Assembly (NCBI GenBank): GCA_016840165.1
Contig: JAEOSU010000072.1
Span: 192,001 to 256,000 of the forward strand
From: Promethearchaeota archaeon
GTDB taxonomy: Archaea > Asgardarchaeota > Lokiarchaeia > Sigyniarchaeales > SOKP01
Length of the DNA stretch: 64,000 bases
Direction of reading: 5' to 3'
The notes beneath the pieces are model-generated. The model had not been told where the DNA came from and ran no database searches. It worked only from the letters and a program-made list of their open reading frames with translations. A program made the position numbers and the translations under genes. Below are positions 1 through 8,524 of this stretch, piece by piece. The first letter of the stretch is position 1, and the number at the start of each line of letters is the position of its first letter.

Positions 1-122
1 GACTCCAATCATAATAGGAGATTGCTTTAGACATAATAAAAAAGTACATATAAGAGAAAATAAATTACTACAGACTGGAAATTTTCTAATAATTCTAATA
101 TGATCTTTGTTCCTTCTTCCAT
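1..122 (-). CDS. Possible 5' fragment of a membrane protein running off the window edge (MEEGTKIILELLENFQSVVIYFLLYVLF...)
   Basis: ATG at 122 on the minus strand, divergent from the gene at 212, followed by a hydrophobic stretch; frame near the A-run at ~38-44 is uncertain. Confidence 0.3.
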
Positions 123-211
123 GTTTACAAAAGTGAAAATCTTTTTCTAAAAATTAATAAGCTTAGGACAAAAATTTTACTGCATACTATTTCTAATAAA
201 TGTGAAAATAT

Positions 212-751
212 ATGGAAGAGGAAAAACCTAAATTAAATGTAAAGGATTGGATTATTATCAGCACGACGATGATTGGCGTAAATCTAACTATTCTTGCGCT
301 TATATGGCAGTTCCCTCCAGAAGGGATTTATTCTGCAACCTTATTTTTGATGCTATCGTTTATTTTATTTATCAATAGTGTATCAGCAAATTCGAAGGCA
401 AATTTTGAAGTTCAATCAGGTAATTCTTCTAAACAAAAAATATTAAAGTTCGTTTCATTCGCGGAATATTCATTTGGGCTTGGATTTACGTTTATAATTA
501 TTGGATTCTCAATTTTAAGCTACAAGTACCTCCAAGATTTCGTTGGTCAGGATAATATCATGGTTCTAATTATTCCAGCAGCGTTTCTTGTGACAGCATG
601 GATTATGATAATCATCTATAATGCAATTAATTATTCAGGAAAAGCTCTAAAGGGGATAAGAAGTTTAAAACGTAATTTATGGATGATCATGGAATTTATT
701 TGTTTAATTATGATTATTCTCGATTTCTTAAACCTTTTCACAATCCCATAA
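212..751 (+). CDS. Hypothetical polytopic membrane protein (~5 TM)
   Basis: 179 aa with five hydrophobic segments; T-run after the stop. Confidence 0.8.
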   Translation: MEEEKPKLNVKDWIIISTTMIGVNLTILALIWQFPPEGIYSATLFLMLSFILFINSVSANSKANFEVQSGNSSKQKILKFVSFAEYSFGLGFTFIIIGFSILSYKYLQDFVGQDNIMVLIIPAAFLVTAWIMIIIYNAINYSGKALKGIRSLKRNLWMIMEFICLIMIILDFLNLFTIP

Positions 752-834
752 ATCTTTTTTTCTTTATTATAACTCGATATTTAGTAATAAGAAATAGATT
801 AGAACTAATAATAATAAATAAGGAGGATAAAGGC

Positions 835-1098
835 CGAGAAGATGCAAATGAAAACCGAAAGGTATTCATTGCATAAGTATAGTAAGTCTTTACTTGCGTA
901 AAGGGTTTTCAATGCATTTTCTTCAATCGAAAGTTTGATTCGAGAACCAATCATTCAATTGCTTATCCGAAGATAATGCCTACCTCCCGAGGGAAGTGAG
1001 ACAAGCGCTAAATTAATATACTCGGAAGTATATTTTTTAGCAACAATACATTGCGTTTACTATACAACTTCTCGTTATTCATACGGTAAAGTATGAAC
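835..1098 (-). ncRNA. Candidate structured non-coding RNA (~265 nt) of unknown family
   Basis: Nested long-range stems (1068-1074/835-841; 1057-1065/877-885); hairpins with cUUCGg, GCAA and UCCG loops; G-U pairs in four stems that work only on the minus strand; upstream TATA box; no credible ORF. Confidence 0.7.
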
Positions 1099-1118
1099 AA
1101 TATATATATTGAAAAGGA

Positions 1119-1130
1119 CATATTTAAATG
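1119..1130 (-). promoter_or_regulatory. Archaeal TATA box (CATTTAAATATG) for the candidate ncRNA
   Basis: TTTAAATA about 25 nt upstream of the 5' hairpin; the same 12-mer lies upstream of the grpE-dnaK operon. Confidence 0.55.
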
Positions 1131-1223
1131 AACCTATTAACGGGTTATTATACATTTATGTCGCTGGTTTCGGTTTTTCATTTTTTTTAGTCGGAATCAG
1201 CGAAGAATTAAAGATGATTTTTA

Positions 1224-3635
1224 TCATTCACTTAGGAAACAGGATAAATTTTTCTGAATGAACTTGTGATTATCTTTATCATTCAAGAATTCGTCTAATT
1301 CGGGAAATTTTATAGGAAACAGGTTTTCGAATGCTCTCTTAAGGATTTCAACGTACTTTTTCGTATCATAATGATGTCGTTTTTCATCATAGAGATCCAA
1401 GAGGATGACTTTTCTTTCTGGAAAGGCCGGATCTGCGCCAGCATCGAGGATGATATAGCGTACATTTTTCCCAGCCGATGTAACAACCCCAGAATTTTCC
1501 AATTGTCTTGCTGCAACAGCTTGATATGAATTTACTTTATATTTTGATGGTTTTCGAGAGATTCTTTGGCGAATGGTGAGATCCTCCTTCGAAAGATTAC
1601 CTTTTTTAATTCGATCCACATACTTATAGAATAATTCTTTAGCTTGGGGAATTCTTCTTTTGAATTCTTCGACCGATATTGCCCCTTTAAATACATCAAT
1701 AAACGAATATTGAGCATCTTTTACTATTTTTGGAATATCTCTCCGTCGAACCTCTATGCCTCGTACCTTGATCTCATTGTTGCTTTTAATCCCCCAGTAG
1801 TGACTCAATGCCGGAACATCCGGCTCTGCTCGAGAGGGTAAGAACACAATAACATTAAATCTTCCATCCCAGCTCATGGGAATTTTAGTCTCTTCAGTGA
1901 TTTGTTGAGCGAGCTTTTTCGTTACTTTTTCAAACTCTTCTGGACTTCTATTTTCCATATCCTGAAGCCACATGGAGTCAACAATCCCGTGAATTACTTT
2001 GCAGCCAAATTGTTTTGCAATCTCGGCAGAGCGCATAAGAAATTCACGAGCAAATGCACAAACTGTTTGATGGGCTTCTATTTTGCCGAAACGCGCATTT
2101 TTAAATCCTAGATATCCAAAACTAACCACTAAAACCCACTTTAACGCTATATCCGTGAACTTATATCGCATCTCTCCGGTTTTTCTTACATGTTCTTTAC
2201 ATTTTAGCCGTTTATTCAAGGGAAGGCTAATTGATTTCGATATGATTCCTTGTCGTTTGGTACAGATGTGAAAATCTAAACCTGGAACTTTTATTCCTGT
2301 TTTGTCGTCTTTGCAGCACTGACAGTTAATCGTTTCCGAAGAGATGTTATAATTGGCCATTAATGAAGGATACATTGAGGAAAAGTCCAATTCTACAACT
2401 TGATCAAAAATACCGATTTGTGGCTCAAAAATGTGACCGCCTCGATCACTTCGAATAAGATCCAAACCACTATTAAACTCTTCGGGGCTTTTTTTAAAAG
2501 GGGGAATCAAATGCTCTAGCTTATATGCATAATAATACTGGATTGACTGAAGTGCGCCTCCAATTGTGATACGACTTAGCCTTTGTAGGGAAACACGGGA
2601 AATACGAGCCACTTCAATGACACCAGGTATATTTCCTTCCGTAAAATGAAGGCTGGCATATGAGTTAGTATCCAAGTGAAATCGGCCCGAGAAATAGACT
2701 TGTGTTTTTGAGCGCCTTCGTATAATGCCATAGGACATATAGTGATCGGAACTTCCAGAGAGCTTGAAGATACAATCTGCTAATGGGGTTTTGTCTCGAG
2801 AAAAATATAATTCTTTTTTTATACGATGAACTGATGCTCTTGCCGCTAGATAAGGAAATAAAAACTCATCTCCTTTTTGAGTAAGGATAATGTCAGGATC
2901 CAGTTTCTCAACTACAAGGGAGAGCTCTTTTATATTTTCCGCCTCATCACCATTATTAATAACGATCTTTCTTTTTTTATAGCCATCTGCCCGAGGGACG
3001 TTATCTTCGTCGTTTTCAACGATACTTATTTCGGCAAAAGCCATTGGATCGTCATAATAATATCTGATTCCTCTTTGCTGCACCTTTACATCCAGCCAAA
3101 TCGCTTTTAGAGGAGGGAGATCATAAAATAGTTGCTCATTATCATCGTTAAGAGTAAGGGAAAGTAAGTTCATGATCTCAACTCCGGTTTTCTTATCTTT
3201 CTTTATTTCTACCTTGAATTCACAGAGCGAGATTGGAAACAAATCTTTGACATAATAATACATCTGAGCAATGGGTAGGTCGATATTATAGAGGATGAAA
3301 AGCCCTATTTCATCGACCATTCGAATTACTTTTTTGAAAGCAGAAGGTTTTATTACAGAAATCCCAAGTAGTTTAGTTTTCTTATGATCTTCTAGTTTTA
3401 CATACTTCTCACAGATTCGCACCGACTTTACGTCATGGTTTTGTGCCAGACTGTGCTTAAAGCGCTGTAAATCTTTTCCAGCATTTCTTCTCGGGACCGC
3501 AAAAAACTCTGGAGAAAAGGAATCATGAATCCGCACAATCTTTTGTGTACTAAGTGTCTTTATCCAAAGGATTACTCCTTCACTACAAGTTGAGACATCT
3601 AAAAGCCAACCGGCAAAATTTTGTTCTTTGGACAC
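1224..3635 (-). CDS. polB2: Family B DNA polymerase, PolB2 (Dpo2) group, with degenerate proofreading motifs
   Basis: Motif A DFSSMYPS; motif B ALKWVLVVSFGYLG; motif C HGIVDS instead of YGDTDS (typical of PolB2); KVRGIEVRRRD; degenerate ExoI/ExoII; GTG start 1 nt after the upstream stop. Confidence 0.9.
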   Translation of the reverse strand: MSKEQNFAGWLLDVSTCSEGVILWIKTLSTQKIVRIHDSFSPEFFAVPRRNAGKDLQRFKHSLAQNHDVKSVRICEKYVKLEDHKKTKLLGISVIKPSAFKKVIRMVDEIGLFILYNIDLPIAQMYYYVKDLFPISLCEFKVEIKKDKKTGVEIMNLLSLTLNDDNEQLFYDLPPLKAIWLDVKVQQRGIRYYYDDPMAFAEISIVENDEDNVPRADGYKKRKIVINNGDEAENIKELSLVVEKLDPDIILTQKGDEFLFPYLAARASVHRIKKELYFSRDKTPLADCIFKLSGSSDHYMSYGIIRRRSKTQVYFSGRFHLDTNSYASLHFTEGNIPGVIEVARISRVSLQRLSRITIGGALQSIQYYYAYKLEHLIPPFKKSPEEFNSGLDLIRSDRGGHIFEPQIGIFDQVVELDFSSMYPSLMANYNISSETINCQCCKDDKTGIKVPGLDFHICTKRQGIISKSISLPLNKRLKCKEHVRKTGEMRYKFTDIALKWVLVVSFGYLGFKNARFGKIEAHQTVCAFAREFLMRSAEIAKQFGCKVIHGIVDSMWLQDMENRSPEEFEKVTKKLAQQITEETKIPMSWDGRFNVIVFLPSRAEPDVPALSHYWGIKSNNEIKVRGIEVRRRDIPKIVKDAQYSFIDVFKGAISVEEFKRRIPQAKELFYKYVDRIKKGNLSKEDLTIRQRISRKPSKYKVNSYQAVAARQLENSGVVTSAGKNVRYIILDAGADPAFPERKVILLDLYDEKRHHYDTKKYVEILKRAFENLFPIKFPELDEFLNDKDNHKFIQKNLSCFLSE

Positions 3636-3636
3636 C

Positions 3637-3909
3637 TTAATTTTTCTCTTTGATGATTTGCTCTAATTCATCGACTCGCGCTTCCAAAAACTCGATTTTT
3701 TTCTCTTGTTCAATAGCATAAGAAATAAAAAGGATTTCAGAAAGCATTGGGCGCGCTCCCAAGCTGCCAGCATCCGCATGAATCCGAGCATAATTCATCA
3801 ATTTGTCAAAAACTTTTTGATCTTCCGGTCTGAGCGCCCGTTTATAATCCTTCCAGCTCTCTATTTCATGTTCCAAGGCTGGTCGAAAAGCAGGTACAGT
3901 TCTTCCCAT
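3637..3909 (-). CDS. Small alpha-helical PolB2-associated protein (arCOG07300-like)
   Basis: MGRTVPAFR...W..YKRALR.ED...FD.L motif directly upstream of polB2, the known context of this family; ATG at 3909 preferred over 3927. Confidence 0.75.
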   Translation of the reverse strand: MGRTVPAFRPALEHEIESWKDYKRALRPEDQKVFDKLMNYARIHADAGSLGARPMLSEILFISYAIEQEKKIEFLEARVDELEQIIKEKN

Positions 3910-4059
3910 AAAAACCCCACATAACAAAATCAGGGATCACATTAAAAAAACAATACATCGTAAATTTTTTGATTTTCATTTAAATGGATAATATAAGCAT
4001 AAATAGATCATTGACGTTGTAAGTAGTAAAAAAGAAAAATAATATCGATATAATAAAAA

Positions 4060-5031
4060 ATGACCTATAAAATAATTGATAGTTTGTGCTACGTACCGAC
4101 CGAAGAAGTGGTTGTGGATCTTATAGTATCGTTGCCTCCACAAATGTCTCGCTATTTGAAAGATGTTTTTGGTCCACGAGTTGCCCCTATATTGGGTATT
4201 AGTGCTGAAGAGCTTTATAGTATGAAATCAACACTGACAGTACCAGAATTAAAAGCAACATTAAAGCAATTCATGCCAAATATAAAGAGATTGGCCATGA
4301 ATGTTGAGGATTTCGTTGAACAACTTAATAAGATGGGGGTCGAAAAAGCAGTTATTTTTAATCTTGATGAACAAACCCCAAGTGGAATCGCAGGTCTCCC
4401 AAACGATTATTATGCTGATATTGTAAAACAATATCCTGAAAAGTTCATCGGGTTTGCGGGAATCGATCCGCTTAAAAAAATGAATGCCGTGAGAGAAATA
4501 AGTCGATGTTATGATATAGGTCTTAGAGGCATAGCAGTTCGTCCTTTTATGTTTGGTATTCCCCCTCATGATGCCAAAATGTATCCTTTGTATTCGAAAT
4601 GTGTGGAACTAGATATCCCAGTTTGGTTCCATCTTTCTATCAATTATTCAACTAATTCAATGGACGTCGAAAAACCGATAAATTTAGATATTGTAGCGCA
4701 AGACTTTCCTGAATTAAAGATGATTGCGGGCCATGGAGGCTGGCCTTGGGTGAGTGAATTAGTTGCAGTTGCATGGAAAAATCCTAACATTTACATTGAC
4801 ATTGCATCTTATCTTCCCCGTTATCTTGGAATGCAAGGAACTGGTTGGGAATCTCTTATTCATTATGGTAATACTGTACTCCAAGACAAAATTTTGTTTG
4901 GATCTACATGGCTCTTCATGGGAACCACTATTAAAAAGCTTGCTGATGGCATTATGGACCTTCCTCTTAAAGAAGAAGTGAAGAGAAAATGGTTATACCA
5001 TAATGCGGCAAGACTTTTAGGAATTGAATAA
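4060..5031 (+). CDS. Amidohydrolase_2 family metal-dependent hydrolase
   Basis: YP.Y.KC.ELDIPVWFH, DFPELKMIAGHGGWPW, NIYIDIA and KILFGS motifs. Confidence 0.85.
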   Translation: MTYKIIDSLCYVPTEEVVVDLIVSLPPQMSRYLKDVFGPRVAPILGISAEELYSMKSTLTVPELKATLKQFMPNIKRLAMNVEDFVEQLNKMGVEKAVIFNLDEQTPSGIAGLPNDYYADIVKQYPEKFIGFAGIDPLKKMNAVREISRCYDIGLRGIAVRPFMFGIPPHDAKMYPLYSKCVELDIPVWFHLSINYSTNSMDVEKPINLDIVAQDFPELKMIAGHGGWPWVSELVAVAWKNPNIYIDIASYLPRYLGMQGTGWESLIHYGNTVLQDKILFGSTWLFMGTTIKKLADGIMDLPLKEEVKRKWLYHNAARLLGIE

Positions 5032-5075
5032 TAATTAAAACCATACATTAATGATTAATATTTATATAAACCAAT

Positions 5076-5522
5076 ATGAGTGGGAGATATTGTTATATGT
5101 CAGTCTATTTAAAGGATCATGCTCCATGCGGAATATATTGTAAGCGATGTCCAGGCGTGAGAGCATATAACTGTAAGGGATGTCGAGAACAGAAAGGCAA
5201 GATAAAGGATTTTACTATTTGTGAAACTTATAAATGCGTTACAGAACGAGGAATCAACTTTTGCTATGAATGTGACGACTTCCCTTGTGAGAAATTACAA
5301 CCAATTGTTAATTTTGAAATTTTTATGCCCCATAATTCGAAAGTTTATAACTTACTCATGATAAAAAAACTAGGATTAGTGAAATGGAATGAGATCTGTG
5401 AGCAAAAGTCCGATTTGTATTATAAAGGACGTAAAGTTCGATATGGAGGCGATGAACTCACCTTAGAAGGAAAAGATCCGAATTTATATAAATCTAAAAA
5501 AGAGAAAAAAACAAAAGATTAA
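5076..5522 (+). CDS. DUF3795-like Cys-rich (Zn/Fe-S) protein
   Basis: APCGIYCKRC, CKGCR and C...C.ERGINFCYECDDFPC pattern. Confidence 0.75.
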   Translation: MSGRYCYMSVYLKDHAPCGIYCKRCPGVRAYNCKGCREQKGKIKDFTICETYKCVTERGINFCYECDDFPCEKLQPIVNFEIFMPHNSKVYNLLMIKKLGLVKWNEICEQKSDLYYKGRKVRYGGDELTLEGKDPNLYKSKKEKKTKD

Positions 5523-6271
5523 AACCAACAGTCTAAAGTCAAATTTCTTAGTGGAACTTTTCCTTTTGATTGAGTAGGTTTCCACTTTACGAGTCTCTTT
5601 TCTTGGAGAAAGGGGTGTTGGATGAGTATGTATTCCGCAAATCGGTCCTTATCGTTTATTAGAACTAATACACTCCCAAAATGCGCAAGAATTTTTCCAC
5701 CTTTTGGCCTGAAAAGTGAATATTCGTTCAAAGGGGCAGTGATAAGGATTAATGGCTTATAATTTGAGAGTATGGTTTTAATCCCGTGTATTGCACGCAG
5801 CAAATCTTCGAATGTCTGCTTTTCGTAGCTTTGAAACAAGGCGGTAATCCCCGAGATCATAACCACTTTTATATGCTCCAGTTTCGCTAAGCGATTTTCG
5901 AGAAGTTCGACTATTTGATCCCATGTGAATGCACGAGCAATAAGAATATTTTCTAACGTTTTTGACGGTGATAAATTCTGCGTAACTGCGAACTTGCTTA
6001 CATTATAAGGATTAAAACGGTTATTCCCATCAATGAAGGCAATCTTATTGCCACCCCCTCCAAGTCCACCATTCAAAAAGGATTTTTGTGCAATCACTGC
6101 GGTTGTTAGAAGGATGTTGGTGGTGATCGCCTTATCTCCATATAGGAGATAAACTAAATCCTTCTGAAACCCTCCCTGTAAGAGCTCATCGAGGATTGTA
6201 TCGCCGCTTGAGAGGTGTGGTGTTTTTTTTCCTTTCTTATAAAACCCAAAACCCGAATTAAATGACATCAA
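5519..6271 (-). CDS. RadA/RecA-like protein with degenerate Walker A (PolB2-associated, ImuA-like)
   Basis: SSGDTILDELLQGGF, FIDGNNRFNPY and LENILIARAFT RecA-fold motifs; P-loop reads LYGDKAITT. Confidence 0.85.
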   Translation of the reverse strand: MMSFNSGFGFYKKGKKTPHLSSGDTILDELLQGGFQKDLVYLLYGDKAITTNILLTTAVIAQKSFLNGGLGGGGNKIAFIDGNNRFNPYNVSKFAVTQNLSPSKTLENILIARAFTWDQIVELLENRLAKLEHIKVVMISGITALFQSYEKQTFEDLLRAIHGIKTILSNYKPLILITAPLNEYSLFRPKGGKILAHFGSVLVLINDKDRFAEYILIQHPFLQEKRLVKWKPTQSKGKVPLRNLTLDCWF

Positions 6272-6625
6272 CTCATGTAAGGATCTGTGAAACTAAAAGT
6301 GGGTTACCCCGACAATTTTCTAAAACTTGTCTTGTGATTGTGAATTATTAGGAATATTTCTCTTTTTATGAAATGGTTTTACTCTTAAATGTAAGATAGA
6401 TTCATAGAGGGAGAGAGAGGTGATTGGAAATAAAAATAAAGAATATTATCAGATATTTGGTTTAGTGATGCTGATAAAAAGCATTACAGAGGGGATTAGA
6501 AAATTTCTATGTTTTTTTTACATTTGCTTAATTTTGTGCATTAGTGATTTACAAAAAAGAATAAATTCAACTTAAAACTTTAAATCATATCCTACCAATA
6601 ATAAATATTAACAATTTTTGAAAGA

Positions 6626-6670
6626 AATTGTTATACAAAATGTGAAAAACATTATGACAGACTTTTATAA
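6626..6670 (+). repeat. 45-bp exact direct repeat, copy 1 (leader and start of fadD-1)
   Basis: AATTGTTATACAAAATGTGAAAAACATTATGACAGACTTTTATAA, identical at 8480-8524. Confidence 0.9.
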
Positions 6671-8375
6671 AAACCGTGGGTGGATGGAGAATTGGGATGA
6701 GCATATCCATGACATTCCACCTGAAGAATATACAACTACATATGTTGAAATGGTCAAAAAGGCATTTAGAGAATACCCTGATAAGGCAGCTCTCGCCTAT
6801 TTGGGGGTTGAAGTAACATTTAAGGAATTAGATAATTATGCAAATCAGTTCGCTCAAATGCTATTAGAAAATGGGTTTCAAAAGGGAGACGTGGTTGGAA
6901 TAAATTTACCCAATACACCTGAATATCCAATTGCTTTATTAGGAGCTTTACGAGCTGGTTGTATCATTTCTGGGGTGTCACCTCTATTATCAGCAATTCA
7001 GATCCAATATCAAATTAATGACCTTGGTTCTGGCGGAAAGAAAGTAGCTTTAGTGACATTAGATGCAATTTTTGCGGGTCATATTACTAAGATTGCTTCC
7101 AAAATGCCTCAACTTAAATTAGTTGTAACAACGAGTGTTGCAGGATTTCTTCCGAAGATTAAACAGGTTTTAGGGAAAGCATTAGGAAAAGTTCCTAAGG
7201 GAAAAGTCACACCATTAGAAGGAAAAACAGTAATTGATTTCCATAAAGACATTTTAGGAAGGTATCCTATTGATCCTGTGGATGTGGGAGTAACACCTGA
7301 TGATATCGGTTGGATACAATACACTGGAGGCACAACTGGACCCCCTAAAGGAGCAATGTTAAGTCATAAAAATTGTGCATCCAATTTGTTAGCAATCGCT
7401 CAATGGCTCCAATGGGACTTCGGAAAAGGAGTTCTCCTCTCAGGGTTCCCAATGTATCATATTGCGGGATTAACTGTAGTAGAAGGAGCGATATATTTTG
7501 GAATGACCCAGGTATTAATCCCTAATCCTCGTGATACTGATCATATCATAAAAGAAATGAAGAAATATCGTCCTACAAATCTCGTCAATGTTCCTTCTTT
7601 ATATCAAATGCTTATTAAAAATCCTAAGTTCAAAGAATTAGATCATTCAGAATTAGGTATTTGTATCTCTGCAGCTTCTCCGTTCCCAAAAGAATCCCAA
7701 ATTCAATTAGAAAACATTATTGGTGAAGGAAAGCTGTTAGAGTTATATGGCATGACTGAATTGAGCCCTGTGGCAACCATGAATCCTAGTATAGGTGAAA
7801 AGCAACTCGGTACAGTAGGTTTACCTATTGCTAACGTAGATTTAAAGATAGTTGATCCTGATTCTGGGCAGGAAGTGCCTCTTGGAGAACCTGGAGAAAT
7901 TATGGTGAAAGGTCCATTAGTTATGCAGGGTTATTATAATAAACCTGAAGAAACTAAGAAGGCAATTGATTCGGATGGTTATATGCATACTGGAGATGTA
8001 GGTTTGATGCAGGAAGATGGATTTGTTAAGATTGTGGATAGAACCAAAGATATGATTATAGTAGGAGGATTTAAAGTATTTTCAAGTAAAGTAGAAGATA
8101 CCTTAATTAAACATCCTGCAATTGGAATGGTTGCGTTAATCGGTACTCCAAATCCAGACAGACCAGGTTCAGAGATTGTTAAAGCCTATGTCCAAATAGA
8201 TCCTGAATTTGCTTATGATGGCAATGAAGCAGCTCTTAAAGAGGATGTTATCAAATTCGCAAAGGATAATTGCGCTCCCTATGAAGTTCCTAAGGAAGTT
8301 CTGTTAGTAGAGGAACTACCTTTAACAGCAGTGGGTAAAGTGGATAAAAAGTCACTTAGACCTAAAAAGGAATAA
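6654..8375 (+). CDS. fadD: Long-chain acyl-CoA synthetase (AMP-forming), paralog 1
   Basis: QYTGGTTGPPKG, YGMTE, HTGDVG, DRTKDMI and GKVDKK motifs; ATG at 6654 chosen by comparison with the paralog. Confidence 0.9.
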   Translation: MTDFYKNRGWMENWDEHIHDIPPEEYTTTYVEMVKKAFREYPDKAALAYLGVEVTFKELDNYANQFAQMLLENGFQKGDVVGINLPNTPEYPIALLGALRAGCIISGVSPLLSAIQIQYQINDLGSGGKKVALVTLDAIFAGHITKIASKMPQLKLVVTTSVAGFLPKIKQVLGKALGKVPKGKVTPLEGKTVIDFHKDILGRYPIDPVDVGVTPDDIGWIQYTGGTTGPPKGAMLSHKNCASNLLAIAQWLQWDFGKGVLLSGFPMYHIAGLTVVEGAIYFGMTQVLIPNPRDTDHIIKEMKKYRPTNLVNVPSLYQMLIKNPKFKELDHSELGICISAASPFPKESQIQLENIIGEGKLLELYGMTELSPVATMNPSIGEKQLGTVGLPIANVDLKIVDPDSGQEVPLGEPGEIMVKGPLVMQGYYNKPEETKKAIDSDGYMHTGDVGLMQEDGFVKIVDRTKDMIIVGGFKVFSSKVEDTLIKHPAIGMVALIGTPNPDRPGSEIVKAYVQIDPEFAYDGNEAALKEDVIKFAKDNCAPYEVPKEVLLVEELPLTAVGKVDKKSLRPKKE

Positions 8376-8479
8376 TTCTGGTATTCAATCTTTTTTTTTT
8401 CTTTTTTTCATAAACCAATTTCATATAAGATAGTTATAGATTTTTAATGAAATCTAACCTATTATCTATTACAAATCTT

Positions 8480-8524
8480 AATTGTTATACAAAATGTGAA
8501 AAACATTATGACAGACTTTTATAA
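8480..8524 (+). repeat. 45-bp exact direct repeat, copy 2 (leader and start of fadD-2)
   Basis: Identical to 6626-6670. Confidence 0.9.

Noticed and set aside
679-876. 65-aa plus-strand ORF, and a ~43-aa minus-strand ORF starting at 869
   Set aside because: They overlap the gene at 212 and the structured element, have low-complexity composition and no motifs; the region is better explained as RNA structure and terminator
835-1098. Identification of the structured element as RNase P RNA, SRP RNA, tRNA, SECIS or an IS-derived RNA
   Set aside because: No GAGGAAAGUCC, SRP helix-8 motif, cloverleaf or clear SECIS core; no UGA-interrupted gene or transposase nearby
6618-6653. TTG start of fadD-1 at 6618
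   Set aside because: Comparison with the paralog places the shared start at ATG 6654
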